This document shows, piece after piece, positions 9,019 through 18,464 of a DNA stretch of 48,093 bases (position 1 is its first letter; each line of letters begins with the position of its first letter). The notes below the pieces were generated by a model. It saw only the letters and a program-made list of their open reading frames with translations, ran no database searches and was not told where the DNA came from. A program made the translations under genes and the position numbers. The stretch comes from a virus (lineage: Duplodnaviria > Caudoviricetes): positions 1-48,093 of IMG/VR virus record IMGVR_UViG_3300035562_000124, one strand, 5' to 3'.

Positions 9019-9539
9019 CAGAGGAAGAGGAAGAGGAAGAGAAAGATATAAAAGATCCCCCCTTACCCCCCAAGGGGAAAGCGAAGACAACAAAATTTAA
9101 TCCGTTGGAAGCGGTGTTGCCTGAATGGTTATCACCTGAACTGTGGGCTGAATGGGTTGAGTTCCGCAGCCAACTTAAAAAACCGATTAAAACGCAAAAG
9201 GGCATCACTGAAACATTGAATAACCTGGAGGTATTCAGAACGAACGGCCATTTGCCTGAGGTGGTAATTCGCCAAAGCATTGCAAACGAGTGGCAGGGCT
9301 TGTTTGAACCCAAACGAGGAAATGACCACGGCGGAGGGAATATCGATTGCGAAGGTGCTTTTTACCGTCTTGTCCTGCAAGGCCATGAGCCACAAAACGA
9401 GGCTGAGAAAAAGGCACAGAAGCAAGCACAAAGCGCAGGGCTTAAGCGCCGCAATGAAGTGCAGGCACATTCAGCCTGGCGCGGTTACCTGCATCAAGCA
9501 TACAGAGAAACCGGCGAACAGCCGTATACAGGAGATTAA
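8598..9539 (+). CDS. Phage replication initiator (O-equivalent)
   Basis: MASSWIKIEVITPDKPEV, FPNFERHNG, acidic linker PEEEEEEEKD, LPEWLSPELWAEWVEFR...SIANEWQGLF; internal iterons. Confidence 0.85.
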   Translation: MASSWIKIEVITPDKPEVFQLAEILDIDPDAALGKLVRLWAWADQQTIDGNAKCNAASVTKNAVDRITFIRGFADALIRVGWLAVEGETLIFPNFERHNGNSSKKRALTNDRVTKMREMKRSSNAGGNAHGVTGSDQNALPEEEEEEEKDIKDPPLPPKGKAKTTKFNPLEAVLPEWLSPELWAEWVEFRSQLKKPIKTQKGITETLNNLEVFRTNGHLPEVVIRQSIANEWQGLFEPKRGNDHGGGNIDCEGAFYRLVLQGHEPQNEAEKKAQKQAQSAGLKRRNEVQAHSAWRGYLHQAYRETGEQPYTGD

Positions 9540-9938
9540 ATGGAAACGATGAATATTAATCGCGTAGTCACGTGCGATTACTGCGGTAAACCCGCAAAAC
9601 TGGTTCGCGGGTTTGTTATTTACCCACAGCGCAAGGATCTGGCTGGTGGTTATTACTGGTCATGTGATCCATGCAGTGCGTATGTCGGCTGTCACCGTGA
9701 CAGCGACGCAATGCCATTGGGACGCCTGGCTAATGCTCAATTGCGAGCGGCAAAGCGACTGGCACATGCAGCATTTGACCCGTTGTGGAAAGAGTTCGGA
9801 ATGAGTCGTCCAGAAGCTTACGAGTGGCTGGCAGGTGAGCTTGGTATTCCTGGAGCAGAATGCCACATCGGAATGTTCGATATTAATATGTGCCGTCGAG
9901 TGCAAAGGGTGGCCACGAGTTATAAGAATTCGCTGTAA
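9540..9938 (+). CDS. DUF3268-type zinc-finger protein
   Basis: CDYCG...CDPCSAYVGCH...PLGRLA...AHAAFDPLW...CHIGMFD. Confidence 0.85.
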   Translation: METMNINRVVTCDYCGKPAKLVRGFVIYPQRKDLAGGYYWSCDPCSAYVGCHRDSDAMPLGRLANAQLRAAKRLAHAAFDPLWKEFGMSRPEAYEWLAGELGIPGAECHIGMFDINMCRRVQRVATSYKNSL

Positions 9939-9953
9939 AACGAGGTATGACCA

Positions 9954-10379
9954 ATGTCCTTAGAAATTAACAGATTAATCAATGAGCGCCGTATTGGGCT
10001 TGATGATGGTTGTGATTATTGCAAAACAATAATAGATAACTGGAATTCAGCCGCACGTGCCAGAACAAAATCCTGCTATCAGCCACCAGTGAAACCCACA
10101 GCGGTGACTACTCCCCAGGTCGGGGCTGGTGCGATCGTCAAGATTGGCAACCGAAACGTTTATGGCCGGAAGGTGCTGACCGGCATTTACCAGCTCCACC
10201 TTTCTGGCAGAACGCCGGGACAAATAGCAATGATGCTGAAGATGCCATTTTATCGTGTAGATCATTTGCTAAAACGAAACACGTCAGTACGCCGTGAAGT
10301 TTATATGAGCGTGGCAGCAGCACCACTGCCAACCGAGGCTGAAATATTACGCCATCTGGCTGCTGAGTCGAAAGCATAG
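9954..10379 (+). CDS. Hypothetical protein with probable HTH
   Basis: GRTPGQIAMMLKMPFYRVDHLL; GAGGTATGACCAATG start. Confidence 0.7.
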   Translation: MSLEINRLINERRIGLDDGCDYCKTIIDNWNSAARARTKSCYQPPVKPTAVTTPQVGAGAIVKIGNRNVYGRKVLTGIYQLHLSGRTPGQIAMMLKMPFYRVDHLLKRNTSVRREVYMSVAAAPLPTEAEILRHLAAESKA

Positions 10380-10389
10380 GAATTTGATC

Positions 10390-12003
10390 ATGAGTGAAAT
10401 AGTGTTAGGCAATGAGTTTTTTGCGCCAGCTCCATCAGATTTAGTCGATAACCTGATTGGTCGGTACAAAACCACCCGTGAAAAGATAGAATGTTTAGCT
10501 TGTGTTTTAAATGGCCCGGAAGGTAACGAGGCGATCCCATATTTCTTGCGGGGGAACCAAGATGGGGAACGTTATATTCGGCCTGTCTCAGATATTTTTA
10601 AACTTGAAGGTGCCATTGCCAACTTGAATGCAGCTTATTGGCAACAAGCCTTATCCCTTACTGATGTATACGAATACATGCCGCAAAAACGCCGTGATGA
10701 ATGGGATGATCAGATCCGTGAAATGAAAACCCCAGAATTCGAAGAAGAAACTGTTCGACCGACAATTATGTCGTTGCTTAACTCACGGCAAAAATTTTTC
10801 GGGGAAAGGGTGGATGGTATTTTCCGAACCTTGTCTGGTGAACACGTAACTAATCGCCCTGAAGGGTTCAGTAGGCGGATGATCGTTGCTCGCGTTCGTG
10901 ACAGCTACGACAATATTAATTGTTCAACATCTGGATATATTCACGATCTGAGACAGGTTGTTGCCAAATTTATGGGGCGTGATGAGCCTCAGCGCAGTTC
11001 TACCGATGCGATGCTAAAACAGGCATACCGACAGACTGGCAATTGGCTTTCAATCGATGGTGGGGCTTTACGGATACGTTGCTATCTCAAGGGGACAGCT
11101 CATTTTGAAGTGCATCCAGAAATGGCATGGCGTCTGAATTGTGTATTGGCAAGCATGTACCCGAAAGCGATCCCGCCAGAATTCAGGCAAAAGCCGAAAA
11201 AGAAACTCAAAAACTTTGAGATGATTTTAAGGCCATTGCCATTTGCAGTGATCAACGAACTGGTTGCATTACGTAAAGCACCTACAGGTTACTGGGGTGG
11301 TTGGGCTGGCCGTGACTGGAAAGCTGGCCTCACTGAAAATATTAACAGCCGCCAATTCGGTCATGGTGATTTCGATAAATTCGCCAGAGCTGAAGCAGAA
11401 AGGGTGTTGATCTCCATCGGGGCTTCCAAAATGCGCCAGGATGTCAGCGTGTGGTTTGAGTTCGACTATGACCCAACGGATGTGATCGGTGAGATCGTCG
11501 CGTCAGGGTGCATACCAGACCAGAAATCCCACCAATTTTATCCGACATCAGAACGCTTGGCATTACGCTGCGTTGAAGCCGCGCAAATCGGGCCTAATCA
11601 CTCATGCCTTGAACCAAGCGCAGGTCTTGGCGGAATCGCCGACCACTTACCGAAAGAAAAAACTACATGCGTAGAAATTTCCACGTTGAACAGCAAAGTA
11701 CTGGAAGAAAAGGGCCACCGCGTAGTTAATGCCGATTTTATCAAGTGGGCTGAGCATGGTGGATGCTTCGATCGGATAGTTATGAACCCTCCATTCAGTG
11801 ATGGCCGTGCTCTGGCACATGTGAACGCTGCCGCAACGCTTGCGAAAGCGGGTAGCCGACTGGTGGCAATTCTTCCTGTAGGAATGAAAGGGAAGGATAT
11901 ATTGCCTGGTTGGGATATTGAATGGTCGGAAGAGATCAGCAATGAGTTTGCTGGAACAAGTATTTCAGTAGTTATTTTGATGGCGGAGAAACGATTATTT
12001 TAA
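10390..12003 (+). CDS. DUF4942-containing SAM-dependent amino-(probably N6-adenine) DNA methyltransferase
   Basis: HQFYPT, LEPSAGLGGI (motif I), IVMNPPF (motif IV); N-terminal YLKGTAHFE. Confidence 0.85.
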   Translation: MSEIVLGNEFFAPAPSDLVDNLIGRYKTTREKIECLACVLNGPEGNEAIPYFLRGNQDGERYIRPVSDIFKLEGAIANLNAAYWQQALSLTDVYEYMPQKRRDEWDDQIREMKTPEFEEETVRPTIMSLLNSRQKFFGERVDGIFRTLSGEHVTNRPEGFSRRMIVARVRDSYDNINCSTSGYIHDLRQVVAKFMGRDEPQRSSTDAMLKQAYRQTGNWLSIDGGALRIRCYLKGTAHFEVHPEMAWRLNCVLASMYPKAIPPEFRQKPKKKLKNFEMILRPLPFAVINELVALRKAPTGYWGGWAGRDWKAGLTENINSRQFGHGDFDKFARAEAERVLISIGASKMRQDVSVWFEFDYDPTDVIGEIVASGCIPDQKSHQFYPTSERLALRCVEAAQIGPNHSCLEPSAGLGGIADHLPKEKTTCVEISTLNSKVLEEKGHRVVNADFIKWAEHGGCFDRIVMNPPFSDGRALAHVNAAATLAKAGSRLVAILPVGMKGKDILPGWDIEWSEEISNEFAGTSISVVILMAEKRLF

Positions 12004-12201
12004 ATGGCGACTTGAATATCTGAAAAATTAAAGATCTCTTGAAATACATATTCAAATGTCTGCCAGCCTACAAATGGTTGGCTTGTAATACTACCTTTTT
12101 TAATGTAATTATTTTGGGTGGACTTTATTCGGTTATCACCCCGACAATCCCACTATTGTTAAAATTTATCATATATAATATTTTATTAAAGGAGTATGGG
12201 A

Positions 12202-12432
12202 ATGAAAAATTCAATAGCAGACCTTATGAACCATCAGTTCATGATGCTTGAAACGTTAACTGATCCATCCTTGAAGGGTGAAGAACTGCAGGAAGCAGTC
12301 ATGCGTGCTAAAGCAGTATCAGATGTTGCGGGAACTATGATCGCAACTTACCGAGTAGCCCTTGATGCTCAGAGGGCTGTGTATGACGGTTATGCTGGCC
12401 GAGTGCCGAAAGTCTTGGGGATTGAGGAATGA
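12202..12432 (+). CDS. Hypothetical protein
   Basis: AAGGAG RBS; ATGA overlap with the next gene. Confidence 0.75.
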   Translation: MKNSIADLMNHQFMMLETLTDPSLKGEELQEAVMRAKAVSDVAGTMIATYRVALDAQRAVYDGYAGRVPKVLGIEE

Positions 12433-13049
12433 AAAAAATCACCGATATTCAAACATTATGGCTGAAAGAAAATTGCAACGGTCTTTCTTATCAGGAGTTA
12501 ACCGAGGCACTTAACTATAGATTTAAATGCAACCACACAAAATCATCGATTCGAAATAAAATCGTTTCTATGCGACTGGGTAAAACGATAAGGCTAGAGC
12601 GCCAATATACCGAAGCACAACTATCGTTTTTGTATAGTAATCGTCAGTTGCCCTACGTTGAATTGACCCAAGCATTCAATAGGATATTTGGTGAAAATAA
12701 AACAGAAGGTGCCATTCGAATAACTATGCGTACTAACGGTTGGGGCCGACTGAGCAACCGGTCAATCCGGCAAGATAGAAAGATAGAAATCAAAGGTCGG
12801 CGGCTGAACCTTGATAATTATGTATGGGAGTGCGTAAACGGCCCCATTCCTCTAGGTTTTACGGTTATACATTTGGACGATGACGTTGAAAATAACAAAA
12901 TTGACAACTTGAAGTTGGCACCAAATTTCACGAGGTCGGCTTTTTTAAGGGTCGGCGGTGGTACAGCACCTAAAGCACTAGCCCCAGCACTGTATGCGAC
13001 AGTTATGCTACGCTCGCAAATAGGAAAGATGAAGGGGGGTAAGAAGTAA
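12429..13049 (+). CDS. HNH-like endonuclease domain protein with two N-terminal helical repeats
   Basis: VWECVNGPIPLGFTVIHLDDDVENNKIDNL is an HNH_3-like motif. Confidence 0.7.
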   Translation: MKKITDIQTLWLKENCNGLSYQELTEALNYRFKCNHTKSSIRNKIVSMRLGKTIRLERQYTEAQLSFLYSNRQLPYVELTQAFNRIFGENKTEGAIRITMRTNGWGRLSNRSIRQDRKIEIKGRRLNLDNYVWECVNGPIPLGFTVIHLDDDVENNKIDNLKLAPNFTRSAFLRVGGGTAPKALAPALYATVMLRSQIGKMKGGKK

Positions 13050-13496
13050 CCAGATATAGCCCGGGGGATTCCCGGGCATGGTTTTGCTTTGCTCTGCTAC
13101 CGTCTGACTTTTTACTGGAAAATGACGGTCGAGTCCTAACTTCGATGGGCCTGAGTGACCAATTGATCATATCAGTGATTGCGCTATCCCTAATGCAGTT
13201 AAGCCAATCCATCAGTCTGTCTCTGCATGGCATGTTGTTAACAAATCCCTATGGCCGGAAATGTGAGTTATGAACAAAACTGACCGTTTACCTCAGCGGA
13301 GGGAATACTCTAACTCTCGTTGAACGTTGCATCACATAAGATAAGAGATGGGTAACGATTGATGCATGGACGTTTAGTCGCTGATTTCGACAGTTGGCTT
13401 AAAAGTTGCGCTGATTTATTGTTTTGTTGTGCAATGCATTGACTTTGGTGCGTCATGGTGTAAATTCGTTGCAGATCGAAGTCAAAGAGGTGCGCA

Positions 13497-14669
13497 ATGG
13501 ACAATTTTAGTACGGTACTATCAATTTGCAGGGTTGCCATGGAGAACCCTACATCAACACTTACAGGTCACATCAAGCGATTGGCGAGTAAGTTGCGTGC
13601 CAAAGGAGACGAGAAGAATGCAGGCTCCTTAGAGAAACTGTTGGATTCCCGAGGTGATGAGCTTTCTTTAATTCCTAGCCGCTTAACTTTAACTAAGCCA
13701 ACCATTAGCTGGGGAGAGAAACTAACTAAAGTAGTAAGGCCGCCGGTTGATCGTGAAACTGGAAATACTCTTGCAGAAATTATTTTTCCGGATGGAAGTA
13801 ACGAGAAACCAATTTTTGATAGTGTTTTTGATGGTGCACTTGATTCTATGCTTACGGAATGGACACACGCAGATCTATTACGTGAAAATGGAATTGGTAC
13901 TCCATTAAGTTGTTTATTATATGGCGCTCCAGGGACTGGAAAGACTAAAACTGCTTTTTACATATCAGAACGGCTCTCATTGCCAATTGTTGTCGCTAAA
14001 TTGGATGGGTTAATTTCTTCCTTCCTTGGGACAACTGCTAGGAATATAGCTGGATTGTTTGACTTTGCTAATAGATATCACTGCATTTTATTGCTGGATG
14101 AATTTGATGCTATTGCAAAGATTAGAGATGATCCTCATGAATTAGGAGAAATAAAGCGAGTTGTGAATACATTGCTTCAATGTATTGATAATAGGGTGAA
14201 AAAAGGCTTCACCATCGCAATAACTAACCATGAAAAACTGCTAGACAGTGCTATTTGGCGGCGGTTTGATACTAAAGTAAATATACCGAAGCCAACCACT
14301 GATGTCAGGAGAAAACTGATAGAGTTGCTAATGTCTAAAAGTTTAAGCGAAACCGAGATTTCTCTTTTAACATGGATTACGGTTGGTTATACAGGCTCCG
14401 ATATAGAGTCTCTTTGTAATTTCTTGAAGAGACAGCATGTTTTATCTAATGAAAAAGTAAATATTATCGATGGTTTGAAACGATATGTTTATTTGAATGA
14501 TGGTGTTTTGAAGGAAGAAATGAAAGAGCTATTAACTTCTGATAATGATGTTATGGCGTATAGACTTTTTTCAAATTCAGAAGGAGAATTCACTCAAGAA
14601 ATGCTTTCTGTGATTTTTTCAAGAGATAAATCAACCATAAGCCGTTGGCTAAGTAAAAATAGGGGGTGA
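13497..14669 (+). CDS. ietA: AAA+ ATPase of an IetAS-type module
   Basis: Walker A GAPGTGKT, Walker B LLLDEFD, TNHEKLLDSAIWRRFD; C-terminal HTH; paired with an S8 protease. Confidence 0.85.
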   Translation: MDNFSTVLSICRVAMENPTSTLTGHIKRLASKLRAKGDEKNAGSLEKLLDSRGDELSLIPSRLTLTKPTISWGEKLTKVVRPPVDRETGNTLAEIIFPDGSNEKPIFDSVFDGALDSMLTEWTHADLLRENGIGTPLSCLLYGAPGTGKTKTAFYISERLSLPIVVAKLDGLISSFLGTTARNIAGLFDFANRYHCILLLDEFDAIAKIRDDPHELGEIKRVVNTLLQCIDNRVKKGFTIAITNHEKLLDSAIWRRFDTKVNIPKPTTDVRRKLIELLMSKSLSETEISLLTWITVGYTGSDIESLCNFLKRQHVLSNEKVNIIDGLKRYVYLNDGVLKEEMKELLTSDNDVMAYRLFSNSEGEFTQEMLSVIFSRDKSTISRWLSKNRG

Positions 14670-14673
14670 TAGT

Positions 14674-17085
14674 ATGAAAAACAATCCAATTCAAATAGTT
14701 CTAAATACATCGGATTATATTGATTCGCCGACCCCAGATGCCAACGGGAGTAATAAGGAATTTTATCCGAACAAAGACGATGCATTTAAAAAGCATAAAA
14801 ATGAAATTTTGAGCTCTATGTTTGAATTACAATCTTCTTTATTGAAAAAAGAACATCATACCCTTTTTGCTCATGTGACACTTAAACCTGCTGGATGGGC
14901 CAAATCACATAGACCAAATAAAAGCATTTTTAAAAGTAGCCTGGTTCCTTATGTCGGTGGTGGTGATATAGGTGAGATGATTGTTGAGGTCAATGTCGAG
15001 AATATTGAATCTATAATAACATCAATAGAAAAAGCAGAAGAGTTCACGAAGGAAAAATTCAACGAAAAAACGAGAAAGATTGAATTCAAACCTTCGAGGA
15101 GCAAAAGTGAAGTTGGGGCAATCAGTTCCATAAGAGAACATGATGAGAGTGATAAAAGAAATTTCTCTATTGAAATGGCATTTAAATGGCTACAGAACCC
15201 AGATTGTGGAGGGGTATACTTTGTAGAAGTATTCACGCTAGGTGATCATCAAGATGAGAAAACCTCAAGAATAAACACGCTTCATGATGATTTTGATTCT
15301 TTACTAGAAATGATATCTATTGAAAGTAAAAAATATGTTCGAACCGGAAAAAATAGTGGTAGTGTATATTATGTCATCTATGTTCCTGAGGGGAAAAATG
15401 GAGATATAGAATTTCATAGATCATTGCTGACAATAATAAACAACCACGATGCAGTTAAGAAAATACATTTGCCTCCAGTAATTACAGCATCTCAGCAAGA
15501 TATTTTATATTATAATGACAAAGGTAATTCTTTTGATTTTAACGTTGAGTCTGATGTCGATTATCCTATAGTTGGTATTGTAGACACAGGTGTTGCCTCT
15601 ATTGAACATTTAGATGATTGGCGAGTTGGTGGTGCTGACTTTATTATGTCAACTAAGCAGGACCGTTCACATGGCACATTTATTGCTGGATTGCTCTCTG
15701 CGGGCAATGTGGTCAATCCTAATTTGTCTGCCTTGAAAGAGGTTCCATGCAAATTTTATGACCTTGATTTATACCCAACAAATAAGAATGAATTCTCATC
15801 TAATTATCCGCGAGGATTTGTCGATTTTTTACGACAATTAGATGCTGAAGTTCAAGATGCGAAGGGACATGGAGTCAGGATATTCAATATGAGTTTATCA
15901 TTGATGATTCCGGTTGATGATGATTCTTATAGCTTTTATGCTTCCATGATTGATGACATCAGTGATGATAATGATGTGATATTTGTACTTCCGGCAGGTA
16001 ATCTTACGGAACAACTGCTTCGTGATGACTGGCCTGAGTCACACGCAGATATTTTAAGCATGCTAGCAAAATATCGCTACCAAGGTAAAGATAAGATATT
16101 ACAACCATGTGAAAGCGTCAGATCTATTTCTGTCGGTGCATTAGATCCAGCACATCATGAAAAAAATTTAAAACCTTCCCGCTATACGAGGCGTGGCCCT
16201 GGTCCATCATTAGGAGTTAAGCCAGATTTATGCCATATCGGAGGGGCGTTAGAAGAAGACTCTGGATTGTATTCACTTTCTGTATCGGGAGGAGTGGTAT
16301 CAAGTTGTGGTACCAGTTACGCGGCTCCTTTAGTTGCTAAGACATTGGCTGTTTTAGATAAACAAATAACAGGTTATGTTTCACGGGAAGTACTCTATGG
16401 CCTACTAATTCATCATGCACAAATTCCAAAAGGATTACGCAAGAAAGAACTTAAGGAAATATCACGCGATTTTGTGGGTTTTGGATTACCTCCAGTAGCC
16501 GAAGATATGGTGCTATACGATGATAGCTCCATAACCCTCGTGTTTAATGGTAATTTCCGGCATCAACATGATTTGCTATCTTTCGATCTTACTTGGCCAC
16601 AATGTCTTACTGATGAGGAAGGAAAATGTAGAGGAGATGTGACAATGACTCTTGTATATTCTCCTTATTGCGATAATAGATTTGGCAATGAATTTATAAG
16701 GTTGAATCTTGACGCTTGCCTGCGCCAAGCTGTTTTAAATGAAGATACTGGCGAGGTGGTTTTTAAAGGGGCAATCAAGGACTCTATAAAATCATCTCAT
16801 GAAAGTGAATTGATTAAGAACGGTATGAAATGGTGGCCAAGTAAAAAATTTGAATGGAAGTTTAGAGGTAAAGGTAGTTCTTCTTCCTGGAGAGTTGTGA
16901 TTGAGTCGTTATTGCGTAGCGACGTGATATTTCCTTCAGAGGGGATTCCATTCTCTGTGTTGCTAACTATTAGCGACCCAAAGAAAGGAGGCAAGGTATT
17001 TAATGAGGTGCGCACCTCACTTGTTTCAGCCGGTGTGAATATTGCTGACATCAGAACTTCAAACGTTATCAGAACAAGACGGTAA
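14674..17085 (+). CDS. ietS: Subtilisin-like S8 serine protease of an IetAS-type module
   Basis: Catalytic D (IVDTG), H (SHGTFIAG), S (GTSYAAP) and oxyanion N (PAGN); no signal peptide. Confidence 0.85.
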   Translation: MKNNPIQIVLNTSDYIDSPTPDANGSNKEFYPNKDDAFKKHKNEILSSMFELQSSLLKKEHHTLFAHVTLKPAGWAKSHRPNKSIFKSSLVPYVGGGDIGEMIVEVNVENIESIITSIEKAEEFTKEKFNEKTRKIEFKPSRSKSEVGAISSIREHDESDKRNFSIEMAFKWLQNPDCGGVYFVEVFTLGDHQDEKTSRINTLHDDFDSLLEMISIESKKYVRTGKNSGSVYYVIYVPEGKNGDIEFHRSLLTIINNHDAVKKIHLPPVITASQQDILYYNDKGNSFDFNVESDVDYPIVGIVDTGVASIEHLDDWRVGGADFIMSTKQDRSHGTFIAGLLSAGNVVNPNLSALKEVPCKFYDLDLYPTNKNEFSSNYPRGFVDFLRQLDAEVQDAKGHGVRIFNMSLSLMIPVDDDSYSFYASMIDDISDDNDVIFVLPAGNLTEQLLRDDWPESHADILSMLAKYRYQGKDKILQPCESVRSISVGALDPAHHEKNLKPSRYTRRGPGPSLGVKPDLCHIGGALEEDSGLYSLSVSGGVVSSCGTSYAAPLVAKTLAVLDKQITGYVSREVLYGLLIHHAQIPKGLRKKELKEISRDFVGFGLPPVAEDMVLYDDSSITLVFNGNFRHQHDLLSFDLTWPQCLTDEEGKCRGDVTMTLVYSPYCDNRFGNEFIRLNLDACLRQAVLNEDTGEVVFKGAIKDSIKSSHESELIKNGMKWWPSKKFEWKFRGKGSSSSWRVVIESLLRSDVIFPSEGIPFSVLLTISDPKKGGKVFNEVRTSLVSAGVNIADIRTSNVIRTRR

Positions 17086-17091
17086 TATTTT

Positions 17092-17123
17092 AACCCACTC
17101 AACTATTGTGAGTGGGTTTTTTT
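17092..17123 (+). terminator. Intrinsic terminator after ietS
   Basis: AACCCACTCA-ACTATTG-TGAGTGGGTT followed by T-tract. Confidence 0.85.
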
Positions 17124-17302
17124 ATGTTATTTAATTGCCTATTATTTATATTACTCATTATTTTTCATTTTAAATGCTACTCACATGATTTTTAATCTAT
17201 AGCAGCCGTTTAATTCGAGTAATTAACCAACTATTGTGTAACTTGTGGCATGGAGGTCAGAAATGGACTGGGCCCAAAAAGGGTGATTTTAAAGAGGCTT
17301 TT

Positions 17303-17518
17303 ATGAAAAAAGAATTCACATATGCTCTACCAGTCGAACTTCCAGTGGAGGGATGCTCTATCGTGTATACGAAAAACCATGTGGTGATAGCTGTAGAGGT
17401 CATGCGACCGGGGCAGTTTATCTGCACCATTCCCGGCTTTATTGAGTTGGCGGAATCCGTCGGATACACGATTTCGCGACCTAAAATCAGTAAGAACCCG
17501 CGTGCTAAAGTGTTATAA
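17303..17518 (+). CDS. Small hypothetical protein
   Basis: GAGG RBS before ATG 17303. Confidence 0.6.
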   Translation: MKKEFTYALPVELPVEGCSIVYTKNHVVIAVEVMRPGQFICTIPGFIELAESVGYTISRPKISKNPRAKVL

Positions 17519-17586
17519 TCACTTTGTCAGCTTGAACAACTGACAACCTGAATCAGCAGTGCTGTGCCATCAATCTGAGGTGAGAG

Positions 17587-18183
17587 ATGACACAGTTATC
17601 ATTTATTAAAACCAGTCATGACACACTGACTCCGGCCACTGCCGAAGTTAGGGATTTTTTACATAACAAGGTTAAGGTCGGTGCAGTGTTATCAGCCGAT
17701 TTTAAACGTGTCCGTAATCCCAGATTCCACCGTAAATACTTCTCCCTTCTGAATCTTGGTTTCGAATATTGGACACCTACCGGCGGCACAATATCTCCCG
17801 AAGAAAAAAGCCTTATCCGTGGCTATGTCCGTCATCTTGCTGAGTTTGCCGGTCATGGTGAAACGCTGAATAGTTTGGCGAAAGGTTACCTGCGAAAAGT
17901 AGCTGCCCAACGGGCGGATCGTGTGACGTTGCTCAAGTCGTTCGATGCATTTCGGCGGTGGGCAACAATAGAGGCAGGCTACTACACCGAACAAGTTATG
18001 CCGAACGGGGTGATCGTCAGAGAACCCACCTCAATATCTTTTGCCAGCATGGACGATACCGAGTTCGCTGAGCTGTATAAACAGACGCTCAATGTTTTGT
18101 GGCAATTCATCCTCAATAAAACGTTCACGTCTCCGGAATCTGCAGAGAATGCTGCCTCTCAGTTAATGGAGTATGCGGCATGA
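17587..18183 (+). CDS. DUF1367 family protein
   Basis: RNPRFHRKYFSLLNLGFEYWTPTGG, KSFDAFRRW, SISFASMDDTEF. Confidence 0.9.
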   Translation: MTQLSFIKTSHDTLTPATAEVRDFLHNKVKVGAVLSADFKRVRNPRFHRKYFSLLNLGFEYWTPTGGTISPEEKSLIRGYVRHLAEFAGHGETLNSLAKGYLRKVAAQRADRVTLLKSFDAFRRWATIEAGYYTEQVMPNGVIVREPTSISFASMDDTEFAELYKQTLNVLWQFILNKTFTSPESAENAASQLMEYAA

Positions 18184-18464
18184 GTAAGCTAACGAAAGAG
18201 GCCCGTGGGCGTGATTGCCAAGTTCGCTTACCTGGTGTTTGTAATTTCAATCCAGAAACCACCGTATTAGCTCATTTCAAAATTGCAGGCACTTGTGGCA
18301 CTGCCATTAAACCGCCTGATTCTCAGGGGGCCTGGGCTTGCAGCGCGTGCCATGATGAAATTGATCGCCGCACACGGCATATCGATAAAGACACTGTTCG
18401 TCTGTGCCACGCTGAAGGTGTTATGCGGACCCAATATGTTTTGATCTCTGAGGGGAAATTATGA
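18180..18464 (+). CDS. DUF1364 (YbcO-like) putative nuclease
   Basis: ARGRDCQVRLPGVCNFNPETTVLAH...AWACSACHDEID. Confidence 0.9.
   Translation: MSKLTKEARGRDCQVRLPGVCNFNPETTVLAHFKIAGTCGTAIKPPDSQGAWACSACHDEIDRRTRHIDKDTVRLCHAEGVMRTQYVLISEGKL

Noticed and set aside
13050-13496. IS or other mobile remnant upstream of the ATPase
   Set aside because: Only a GC hairpin near 13058-13077; no transposase fragment or terminal inverted repeats recognised
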